50,740 nt of DNA from a virus (IMGVR_UViG_3300006754_000028:1-50740), one strand, 5' to 3'. Positions 38,639 through 46,973 are shown, counted from the first letter of the stretch. Numbers and translations are program-made. The notes: generated by a model from the letters alone, not told the origin.

Positions 38639-39318
38639 CTGACCGCTACACCCACATCATTCCGTATATGGCGGCAAGCACCAACAAGGTCAACGAGAGG
38701 TGGCTCGGTCAGTATCCATGGAGGTGGCTGCTGTCGCCTTTCCGACCCAACGGTGCTGATGTCAACAAATGCCTGGGGTACGCCATCGACAACGGCGCGT
38801 TTGTCTACGGCAACAGGGAGCTTCCATTCGACCCAGACCCTTTCATGCGGGATGTTGACAGGTACGGGGAGAGAGCTGACTGGGTGGTGATACCCGATGT
38901 TCTGTGCGACAAGGACGCCACGCTGGATCAGGCTGACAGGTGGATAGGCGTGCTTGACGGTCTGCCCCTTCTCATCGTCGCCCAGGACGGGATGGTGGAG
39001 GAGGACTTGGAACCCTTCTGCAGCAGGGGAATCGGCATCTTCATCGGAGGATCGACGGAGTTCAAACTGGCGTCAATACCATGGCTAGCCCAGCTCTGCA
39101 CAAGGAATGATGTGCTGTGCCATGTCGGCAGGGTAAACACAGCCAGGAGGATGGACATCTGCATAAACGGTCGCGCCCACAGTTTCGACGGCAGCGGCAT
39201 GGCTATATTCGAGGACACTGCAAGGCTGATGACGCAGAAGCTGATGATGCTGGAATCAGACATGTTCCCAAGGGACTTCAACACAATAAAGCAAAAATAC
39301 ATAAGGAGCGAACAATGA
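38635..39318 (+). CDS. Putative TGT/DpdA-like transglycosylase
   Basis: AIDNGAF (cf. DSGGF), VIPDV..D, IFIGGS, HVGRVN and SFDGS (cf. S.DS) in TGT barrel order; close to queC. Confidence 0.5.
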   Translation: MTDRYTHIIPYMAASTNKVNERWLGQYPWRWLLSPFRPNGADVNKCLGYAIDNGAFVYGNRELPFDPDPFMRDVDRYGERADWVVIPDVLCDKDATLDQADRWIGVLDGLPLLIVAQDGMVEEDLEPFCSRGIGIFIGGSTEFKLASIPWLAQLCTRNDVLCHVGRVNTARRMDICINGRAHSFDGSGMAIFEDTARLMTQKLMMLESDMFPRDFNTIKQKYIRSEQ

Positions 39319-39569
39319 ATTTCGGACAGAGGATAATGGACATACTGAAGGGACTGGGTGTCAGCTACCTGGACTTCTGCAGGCGTTGCGGCGCAAGCCA
39401 CAGCACCCTGAACAGGTGGGCGGGTGGACAGACCCCTAGGGTTGACTACTTCGTCTGCGCCTGTGAGACACTTGCCAACATCAGGGGTCAGACAATTGAT
39501 GATGTCATACAGGAGATGCTCTGGTCTGTGCCAGAGTACAAGCTTGCAAAGAAGAGGGAGCAGTCATGA
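39315..39569 (+). CDS. XRE-family HTH protein
   Basis: GVSYLDFCRRCGASHSTLNRWAGGQTPR; ATGA-coupled on both sides. Confidence 0.7.
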   Translation: MNFGQRIMDILKGLGVSYLDFCRRCGASHSTLNRWAGGQTPRVDYFVCACETLANIRGQTIDDVIQEMLWSVPEYKLAKKREQS

Positions 39570-40138
39570 AGCCGAGACCGATCATACTCTGCAGCGGTGG
39601 AATAGACAGCCTGGCGCTTACCGTCATGGCTGTAACCAGGGGACTAGACCCCTTGCTGCTGCACATACAGTACGACCATCCAGCCGCCCGGGAGGAACTG
39701 GAAGCAGTGCGAAAGATATACAGCGCGTTTGCAGGATCATGCAAACTGCGTTTGCAGGAGATGGAAATAAACAGCTCACCGCTGGACAGCGGCATAGGTG
39801 AGCCAGGGCCCAGGGTGGTCAGGGGAAGGAACCTGATGCTTATCGCCGCAGCGTTGAACGCCTCACAGAGTGGAGACTACAACCAGATATGGATAGGATG
39901 CACCAAAGAGGACGACGAGCACTACTGGGACTGCAGGGACACCTTCATACACGCCCTCAACATATTGATCAAAGACGGGGTCGGAGTAGCTGCGCCTCTA
40001 ATCAACATGACCAGGAAACAAATACTCGTCATGATACCAGAACCAATTCAATACCTGGCATGGAGCTGTTACCAACCGTACTGCGGTGTGCCCTGCGGAA
40101 GGTGTAATTCATGCCTTCAGGGGGGCGGCAATGACTGA
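39566..40138 (+). CDS. queC: QueC-family (7-cyano-7-deazaguanine synthase-like) protein
   Basis: PP-loop SGGIDS, V.GRN, Y.DCR..F, APL and Zn ligands WSCY...PCGRCNSC. Confidence 0.85.
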   Translation: MKPRPIILCSGGIDSLALTVMAVTRGLDPLLLHIQYDHPAAREELEAVRKIYSAFAGSCKLRLQEMEINSSPLDSGIGEPGPRVVRGRNLMLIAAALNASQSGDYNQIWIGCTKEDDEHYWDCRDTFIHALNILIKDGVGVAAPLINMTRKQILVMIPEPIQYLAWSCYQPYCGVPCGRCNSCLQGGGND

Positions 40139-40997
40139 CGAGAGACTGACTAATGCGCGACCGATCGTATCGGTCAGCGGGGGGAAGGACAGCACAGCCA
40201 TGTGCCTGCATCTGTTCGAACTAGGCTACACGAAGGACGACTTCGACCGCGTGTTCATGGACACTGGGTGGGAGCATGCTGACACCTACAAGTACTTGGA
40301 CAAACTGGAGGAGACCATCGGGCCGATCACCAGGCTGCAGGCTGACATCAAGATCCGCCCAGGAATGGAGAAGGAGGTCGAGCGTTTCGAGGCAAGGATC
40401 GGCCGCTACAGTCCCATGATCCGATACATAATAAACGACACAATCTTCCCTTCCGGGGCGGCCAAGTGGTGTACGCGGAAATTAAAGATCGAACCCATAT
40501 CTAAATATTTCGACAGCCTTGACTTTGAATTTGTCAACCTGGTCGGCATCCGACGGGAGGAATCCCCACGTCGATCCCAGATGACTGAATGGGAGTGGAA
40601 CGACGGATGGGACTGCTGGGTCTGGCGTCCGCTGATAGCCTGGACTGAGAATCAGGTCATCGACATACACCGCCGATGGAACCTCGTGCCCAACCGACTG
40701 TACCTGAACGGCTCGACAAGGGTGGGCTGCTACCCATGCGTGTATGTAAAGAAGTCAGCGGTCAAGAACCTGGACGATGCCAGGGTGGATCTGATCAGGG
40801 ATCTAGAGGAGACCGTCAACCGGCTGGCAAGCGCAAAGAAGCCGGGCATCAAAAGACTGTCCTTCTTCCCCCGCCTGGATGGCATCGACGAGGTTGTCCA
40901 GTGGAGCAGGACAGCCTACGGAGGAAAGCAGTTCGAGATGTTTTCATCTGAAGAACCGACCTGCGTCAGATGGGGAATGTGCGAGTTCAAAGATTAA
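40131..40997 (+). CDS. PAPS-reductase (CysH/DndC)-family PP-loop protein
   Basis: VSGGKDS, FMDTGWE, WCT..LK..P, GIRREES.RR, RPL..W and RVGCYPC. Confidence 0.85.
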   Translation: MTDERLTNARPIVSVSGGKDSTAMCLHLFELGYTKDDFDRVFMDTGWEHADTYKYLDKLEETIGPITRLQADIKIRPGMEKEVERFEARIGRYSPMIRYIINDTIFPSGAAKWCTRKLKIEPISKYFDSLDFEFVNLVGIRREESPRRSQMTEWEWNDGWDCWVWRPLIAWTENQVIDIHRRWNLVPNRLYLNGSTRVGCYPCVYVKKSAVKNLDDARVDLIRDLEETVNRLASAKKPGIKRLSFFPRLDGIDEVVQWSRTAYGGKQFEMFSSEEPTCVRWGMCEFKD

Positions 40998-41000
40998 CTC

Positions 41001-41029
41001 TTGCAAAAACCATGATCACTTGCTATCAT
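41001..41029 (+). promoter_or_regulatory. Sigma70-type promoter
   Basis: TTGCAA, 17-nt spacer, extended TGc-TATCAT, just upstream of AGGAGG. Confidence 0.55.
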
Positions 41030-41045
41030 TTCTGCAGGAGGTGGT

Positions 41046-41420
41046 GTGGCGCAGCCGTCATGGATGGATCCGAACCTGAAGAGAGGAATGAGGGCGTACC
41101 TGCTTCGGCAGAGAACCCGAATAACTTGGCGCAAGATAGCAGACCGCCTGGGATACTCAAGCCTGGAAGGCGCAAGAAGCGCAGCCCTGAGATACAGCAG
41201 AAAGCGAAGGCTTCCATGGCCGGTACTTAACCTGACCAGGGGCTTCCTGTACTACCAGCAGAATCTAGACGGCGAAAGCTGGAAGGAGATAGCGCACGAC
41301 TGGCAGCAGCCAGGACTGGAGGGCAGGAACCGCGTCCAGAACTGCGCCAGGGTGTGGGCTAAAAGGCATGACATGCCGTGGCCCCCAGAGAATACGGCTA
41401 CTTGTAACGATAGTCAGTAG
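41046..41420 (+). CDS. Putative DNA-binding protein with two HTH-like repeats
   Basis: Internal duplication W(R/K)xIA...LEG...PWP. Confidence 0.6.
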   Translation: MAQPSWMDPNLKRGMRAYLLRQRTRITWRKIADRLGYSSLEGARSAALRYSRKRRLPWPVLNLTRGFLYYQQNLDGESWKEIAHDWQQPGLEGRNRVQNCARVWAKRHDMPWPPENTATCNDSQ

Positions 41421-42597
41421 AGTATTCCCTCTTCGGTTTCTCAGGGCCCATAAGTTTATCTTCAATCATCTCCTGCACCTTTGGACTTGCTGATTCATAG
41501 AGAGCCTGCTGCTGCTCCCTGACAGTCCTCTTCCCCCGCTGCGCATCTTCCATTCCCTTGTAGGCGTCGTAGCCTGGAACGGCCATGCCGAGCACACCCT
41601 CATATCTTGCCGGGGAACCTGGGATCTCCAGTTCACCCTTGACCTCTGTCGGCTTCCTTGACGGTCTGGTTCCCATCTTCGATTCACCGAAGGTGGACTT
41701 CGGAACATTTCTCTTCAGGTAGCTGGACATACCTTCATATCCTTCGATAGGGGTTTTCCTTGATGACCTCTCAGCCTGTTGCAAGAAGACGGGTTTGGTA
41801 GGTGCATAATTGGGATAAGATATCACCTCCTCCACCGGCTGAGGAAGACTTCTCCACTGATCATCAACTGGAACAAATCTATCGACTTTCGCCCCAACGC
41901 CCTCGTCACCCATCCGAACCAGTATGTTCTCCGCTGCCTTGGCTTTTCTAGTGGCAGTAGGAACGTCAGCCGACTTCCGAACAAAAGAACCAGGGACATC
42001 GACATACTCAGGCTGCTTCATGTAGTGCGCCCTGTAGTCTTGCAGGTTCTTCATTATGCGCTCCCTGTCATAGGGAAGGAACTCACGGGGCAGTGTCGGA
42101 TCCTTGACCATCTTCTCAGCGGTTGCAAAGACTCCCTCTACTGTCTCCTTGCCTGCCGATGCTCCCGCAGCAACACCCATGCCAAGTATGCCTGCCACCA
42201 CATCTGCAGTAAAGCCTGCCCCATACAACTGCTCCGCCATGTCGGCATACAGCTCCGCGTCCTTGAGCTTGGAGAACTGCTGGAGGGCAAGATCGTCATC
42301 CTTTCTTCTGATAGCCGAGACATCCTCCTCTACCTGGAACTCTTCCTCCTCCTTCATCGCCTTCTCTGCTTCCCCTTTCGGATAGTCCCTACCCTGGGTA
42401 TAGCCTCTCTTGCCTTCAAGAAACTCATCCATCTGTTCGTTGGTAAGATTATCCATAGAGACACCCCTGGGTATTCTTGGAGGAGGCTCCTCTTCAGTCA
42501 TCTCCCTTAGCAGCAGTTCACCTTCAGCCTGCCTGTCCCCTTTTTTCTGAAGTTCGATCAACTCATCATAGGACATATCTTCGTATTTGTCATCCAT
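41398..42597 (-). CDS. Hypothetical protein (399 aa), possibly virion-associated
   Basis: GAGGA SD; charged, with one G/A-rich hydrophobic segment. Confidence 0.7.
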   Translation of the reverse strand: MDDKYEDMSYDELIELQKKGDRQAEGELLLREMTEEEPPPRIPRGVSMDNLTNEQMDEFLEGKRGYTQGRDYPKGEAEKAMKEEEEFQVEEDVSAIRRKDDDLALQQFSKLKDAELYADMAEQLYGAGFTADVVAGILGMGVAAGASAGKETVEGVFATAEKMVKDPTLPREFLPYDRERIMKNLQDYRAHYMKQPEYVDVPGSFVRKSADVPTATRKAKAAENILVRMGDEGVGAKVDRFVPVDDQWRSLPQPVEEVISYPNYAPTKPVFLQQAERSSRKTPIEGYEGMSSYLKRNVPKSTFGESKMGTRPSRKPTEVKGELEIPGSPARYEGVLGMAVPGYDAYKGMEDAQRGKRTVREQQQALYESASPKVQEMIEDKLMGPEKPKREYSTDYRYK

Positions 42598-42598
42598 G

Positions 42599-43342
42599 TC
42601 AATTCCTCAGCAGGTAGTCTTCGTAGCTCGTCCTGGCTCCCTCGTCAGTGAGGTCGGCGTCCTTCAGATCATACTCCCTGCCGCCAGGCATTTTCCGCCT
42701 CTTCTCCTTGAGCCTCTGGATCTCATGATAGACCTCGCCAGGATCCATCGATTCTTTCCTGCTTTGCTCCAGCCTCTCTATCTCCTCAGTTATATTCCTG
42801 AGAGATTCCCACTCCGTGTCGGTTCGGGGAGCCTGACCAGGGGCTTGCCGCTGACCCTCAACACTTCGCTCAATCTGCCCCTTCCACATCTCCTTCTGCC
42901 TTTGCTTCTGCCCCTCCAGCCTCCTCTTCTCACTCGCAGCCCTCTCAATGTTGGCCTGGTAGGCTTCCGCAGGAAGGTCTGCGACCTCCTCTCCGAACCT
43001 GGTAAGCGTGTCCAGGGACTTGGACGCCGTGCGTTCCGCCAATGATGGCATCCTCTCGCCTGCCGCAGAAGATGCCGTTCGCGCCGCTGCCGCCATGGAA
43101 GGTTTCTTACCTACCTCTTCAGCAGGCTCCTCACCACGCTTCTGAGGAGCTACGCGCTGGGGGTCGAACGTGGACAAAGGATCGATAGCCAACTCTGCTG
43201 CCTCCCTGAGGAGATAATCACCGACCCTCTCCCTCTCAGCATCCGAAAGCTGCCGCTGATCCTTCTTGAGCAACTCCTCTATTCCCTCGTCCTTCTTCTC
43301 AAAGGTCTCTTCCACCGTCTTCGTCATGTCTGGTTTGGCCAT
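42599..43342 (-). CDS. Hypothetical highly charged protein (247 aa)
   Basis: AAGGAG SD; coupled to the downstream gene. Confidence 0.7.
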   Translation of the reverse strand: MAKPDMTKTVEETFEKKDEGIEELLKKDQRQLSDAERERVGDYLLREAAELAIDPLSTFDPQRVAPQKRGEEPAEEVGKKPSMAAAARTASSAAGERMPSLAERTASKSLDTLTRFGEEVADLPAEAYQANIERAASEKRRLEGQKQRQKEMWKGQIERSVEGQRQAPGQAPRTDTEWESLRNITEEIERLEQSRKESMDPGEVYHEIQRLKEKRRKMPGGREYDLKDADLTDEGARTSYEDYLLRN

Positions 43343-43383
43343 GTCATTCTCCTTTCAAGTCATCATAGCACACCGCAAACACC

Positions 43384-43413
43384 TTGACACCACACACCTT
43401 TCCACTGTATAAT
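43384..43413 (+). promoter_or_regulatory. Perfect-consensus sigma70 promoter
   Basis: TTGACA 43384-43389, 18-nt spacer, TATAAT 43408-43413. Confidence 0.75.
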
Positions 43414-43418
43414 AAGGT

Positions 43419-43560
43419 GTCTGCTCCGAGTGGTTCAGACGATTATACAAAATCCGAGAGTTGAGTATAACGGGCGGGGTGAAGACCTCGCCCTTTCCAA
43501 TTAAGCCTACGAAGGGCATACCAGCCCCAGGGCATGGGCAGTCGGGTGTCCGTGCCCTTC
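43419..43560 (+). ncRNA. Candidate small structured RNA
   Basis: No credible + ORF after the consensus promoter; four consecutive hairpins. Confidence 0.4.
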
Positions 43561-43883
43561 TATCCGCCCAACAGAAACAGAACAAACCTGGTAGCCGCAA
43601 TAACAATCCCCACTACGGAGATGACCAGACCGAGATTCGCTCTTCTACGAGCTGAAGTGGAGATTCGGTACGCGCTACCAAGATTGTCCCTGGACACCTT
43701 GTACCTGAAGTGACCAATCGGATCAACATCCGGGATCCGCTCAACAAAGTCTGAGCACTCACGGCTCTCCCACACCTGGTCTTCCTCAAGCCTGAACTGA
43801 TACCACAAGCACATGCCACTGTACCTCTCAGGATAGTCAGAGGAATACTCAGCAAACAAACCGCACCTGCCACACCTAGACAT
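43560..43883 (-). CDS. Cys-containing protein with C-terminal transmembrane helix
   Basis: CGRC...C...C; LGLVISVVGIVIAATRFVLFLL. Confidence 0.55.
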   Translation of the reverse strand: MSRCGRCGLFAEYSSDYPERYSGMCLWYQFRLEEDQVWESRECSDFVERIPDVDPIGHFRYKVSRDNLGSAYRISTSARRRANLGLVISVVGIVIAATRFVLFLLGG

Positions 43884-44088
43884 TGAACAAACCGTACTGA
43901 CCACCATTCACAATAGCCACCGCCGCTGGACTGACATACACGGTCTTACCATTGCAGTCTATCTCATAGGCCCTGCCCTCCCAGTAAGCCTCAGCAAATT
44001 CATGAGCCTGAACAATGGAGCTGTGAAGGACACACCCCCTCATCATCCTGGTCTCCCTGTCAATCCTGATCCACACCTCGTAGTTCAT
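43876..44088 (-). CDS. Hypothetical protein
   Basis: ATGA-coupled. Confidence 0.55.
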   Translation of the reverse strand: MNYEVWIRIDRETRMMRGCVLHSSIVQAHEFAEAYWEGRAYEIDCNGKTVYVSPAAVAIVNGGQYGLFNV

Positions 44089-44462
44089 CGAGACCAGTAC
44101 CCCTCTCTGCGGTAGTACTCCTCAGCCGCGCCGATCGGCTTCTCGGACTTACGACGGACATACCTCCTGCGGATGACAGCAGCCTGGCGAGCAAGGCGAA
44201 CACCGTCAACCATCACGCCAAGCTCATCACCAGAAGGAAGCACGACACCGTGCCTCTCAATCCTCCGACCGTAGAAACTGACAGCCCCAGCTACCGAGGA
44301 GCAAGCACCAGTGCCCTCAACAAACACCCTCTTCGCCTCCTCCCACCCAACATCACCAACGCTGACAAACGCCGAGATAAGACTGTGCCTGTACCTCTCG
44401 TTGCGAAATATAAAATCCACCAGGTCTTTCACGACCCTGACCGAAACATCAACCCCTTCCAT
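44085..44462 (-). CDS. Hypothetical protein
   Basis: GGAGG SD before ATG 44462 (MEGVDVSV). Confidence 0.6.
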   Translation of the reverse strand: MEGVDVSVRVVKDLVDFIFRNERYRHSLISAFVSVGDVGWEEAKRVFVEGTGACSSVAGAVSFYGRRIERHGVVLPSGDELGVMVDGVRLARQAAVIRRRYVRRKSEKPIGAAEEYYRREGYWSR

Positions 44463-44610
44463 CTTTATCCTCCTTTGAAAGACGAGCGAAATGCTCATCC
44501 TTGATTCTCTTGACAACCTTCTCGTACTGATAGTAATGCGCCTCATACAGATACTGAAGCACCGCTGGATCACTGTACGCCCTCTCCATCAAATCATCCA
44601 GGTCAATCAC
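44449..44610 (-). CDS. Small hypothetical protein (53 aa)
   Basis: GTGA overlap with the MTase stop; MIDLDDLMERAYSD...KDGRG*. Confidence 0.5.
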   Translation of the reverse strand: MIDLDDLMERAYSDPAVLQYLYEAHYYQYEKVVKRIKDEHFARLSKEDKDGRG

Positions 44611-45242
44611 AGCAAACCCACCTCGTCACCCTCCATGTACCAGCCCACCCTCTCAGAGCGACTGAACATGTAGAGATACCCTCCCGCAGAACGCCTCTCG
44701 ACAAGATCATAGAACTCATCTGGCTTCTGGCTGTGCTTCCTCTTCGATGCCCTGACAATAGAACTGACTCCGTTGTCTCCAGTCTTAACCTGGCTGCCCC
44801 GTCCCCGTACACCAAACAGACACAGCTCATGCTGGCCCCTGAAGTAGTACCCAAGACCAAAACTAGGCTTAACCCAGCAAATATTGGTGATGTAACGGAA
44901 ACCAACCTCCCGCATCACCTTCAATCCGTCCTCAAGGTGGTTGTTAGTCACCCACAGGTACATATGGGCGTTCTCAGACACCTCATAGCCCTTCAGCCAC
45001 TCACGCATCACCAGTACACTTGCATCAGCACCCAACAGACTGTAATGCCTGTCAGCACCCCTCTGTATACGTCCACCACCACGCTCCAACCAAGGAGGAT
45101 CAGCAACAATCGTACTGACACTACGCAATTCGTCCCCTGAAACAAACTCAGGACACTCATCATGAGCTGATAACTCTGCAATTCGTCCACAATCCAACGA
45201 ACAATGCCAGCAATTGTCACGTTCAAAACGCTCAACAGACAT
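44607..45242 (-). CDS. MT-A70-family N6-adenine methyltransferase
   Basis: IVADPPW, HMYLWVTN, ICWVK..GLGYYFR..HE.CLFG, HSQKP and Y.YMFSR motifs; GGAGG SD before ATG 45242. Confidence 0.85.
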   Translation of the reverse strand: MSVERFERDNCWHCSLDCGRIAELSAHDECPEFVSGDELRSVSTIVADPPWLERGGGRIQRGADRHYSLLGADASVLVMREWLKGYEVSENAHMYLWVTNNHLEDGLKVMREVGFRYITNICWVKPSFGLGYYFRGQHELCLFGVRGRGSQVKTGDNGVSSIVRASKRKHSQKPDEFYDLVERRSAGGYLYMFSRSERVGWYMEGDEVGLL

Positions 45243-45927
45243 TCTAATCCTCCGATACAGCCGACACATAATGTAATTCGCTCAATGCGACGGCAGATGT
45301 TGAAATCCTCTGTTTTTCGTCGGGGTTAAACATCGAAGAACTTGTTCTTCTCTGTTAACACCCCTAGAAAAACCCTCTAATTAGGAATGTAACCACAAAT
45401 CAGCCCGAAATCCACTGCCATCTTCTAGTGACCGCTAGATTGCCCGTATGATGGGGGAGGAAAAAACCGTAAAAAAAGACAGCAAAGCAATACATCGAAG
45501 GGGAAAACGGCGCAAATGGAAGAAACAGGATACTCTGGAAAAGCTGAAAACCTCTCTAGGGGGGTAACACATATATGGTCATCCCCCACGGGGGGGGAGC
45601 ACCACCCAACCCCCATGCACATGCGATCATTTCTGTCGGCGCGCACAGCTCCGCTCGCCCAGTAGAGGAGTTTCAAATTCCTCTTAATGCCAAAAATCGA
45701 ACCTGGGACGGGGCCGTTGCTCGCAGCTACAGAACAGGTCTGGATCTCGGTTCTGATTCCGACGCTGGACATGCTCGCCTACCGTCAGATCTGCCACTGT
45801 CCCATGTTCAATTGCCCAACGTGCTCCACTGGTTCAACCGTGCAAAATAAAAAAAAACGATATTTCTTTCATCCCCGTGGTTAGGGGCTATTCTGGTACA
45901 ATGTCATGATTATCGTAGACAGCCTGT

Positions 45928-45955
45928 TTGTAAATGTCGAGAATCGAATTACAAT
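45928..45955 (+). promoter_or_regulatory. Putative early sigma70-type promoter
   Basis: TTGTAA, 16-nt spacer, TACAAT. Confidence 0.5.
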
Positions 45956-45960
45956 GATTT

Positions 45961-46590
45961 CACAAACCGAGGGCGGCAACCAAGCCGAACCGGAAAGGAG
46001 GTACATCACCATAGTTTCAAAGGGTCGTTCCCACAACGTCAAGGCAGATCCGCCTAGGATCCCTGGAGACACTTCCCGAGGGGAAGGCCGCATTAGTCGA
46101 GCGGAGTCCATGCACAAGACGAACCGCACTGCGAGGATCAAATGCTACCTGTATCATGGGGACATGAATGCTTGATCCATATCGAAGCCCCGACATAGGC
46201 TTGATCAGTGTTTTGGAGAGATCAGAACAGCGACATTAATACAGCCGTGCAATCGGGGAGGGTGTGACAACCTAGCCGTAGCCTACCTAGTAGGCGAGCA
46301 CAGAACAGGCTACCCGCTGGATCAACAATAGCGCCGGGTGAACGGATCCTTTAAACAGGAGTCGCCGGTGTACAAGTAGGGATAGGGAAAAACCCACCGT
46401 GCAACCTGGTGTTCGCCGGGTGGTGAGTGGAGACTATCCCCCAGATCTAGCGAAATTGTGAGATGTTCCGATTGATGGTAGCGATACCGAGATCCAAACA
46501 ACCGCGGCGAATCCTCCTCCTATATGGTGGGAGGAGCACATAAAAAGGTAGCCACTCTACTTTATCGGCTATCTGTGCTTCTCCTTTTTA
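45961..46590 (+). ncRNA. Candidate large structured RNA (~630 nt)
   Basis: Many hairpins, nested long-range helices, GNRA loops and G-U pairs; no credible ORF. Confidence 0.55.
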
Positions 46591-46619
46591 ACTATATTTC
46601 AACCAACAAAGGAGCAAAA

Positions 46620-46973
46620 ATGCATATAGTAGACCAAGCGTTACTCAAAGAGATCACCCGATTGGATGAAGAGAATTCCATTCTCCGATTAAGGATCAAG
46701 ACCATCGAACAAGAAGCCGGGGTTAAAAACCTCCGTCGCCTTGAAAAGAAGATCCAACAATTGAGGGCTGCAAACGTGAACATGTCTAGCGTAATAACTG
46801 CCCTCGAATCATTCCGGGACTATGTCTATGATCAACGTGACGATCATGCACTCCTGTCCTATGAGTGTTTCACTGAGCATCATGAAAAATGCGGGTACGA
46901 TTTTTGGCTAGAGAATCCTAACAGTGAATCGTTTCATGATGATCCTGATCATCTACCCGATCGGGCCTGGTAA
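46620..46973 (+). CDS. Hypothetical coiled-coil early protein
   Basis: AAGGAG SD before ATG 46620. Confidence 0.7.
   Translation: MHIVDQALLKEITRLDEENSILRLRIKTIEQEAGVKNLRRLEKKIQQLRAANVNMSSVITALESFRDYVYDQRDDHALLSYECFTEHHEKCGYDFWLENPNSESFHDDPDHLPDRAW

Noticed and set aside
43416-43499. tRNA (CCGAGTGGTT resembles a D-loop; segment ends in CCA)
   Set aside because: No acceptor stem pairing and no TTCGA T-loop; the segment folds as serial hairpins.
45425-46175. ORFs 45425..45772, 45575..45850, 45687..45884, 45881..46141 and 45906..46175
   Set aside because: No SD or leader like the real genes, mutually overlapping, atypical composition.
45961-46590. Group I/II intron, RNase P RNA or tmRNA
   Set aside because: No interrupted gene, no group II domain V, no P7 partner for the AGACTA, and no RNase P or tmRNA terminal consensus seen.
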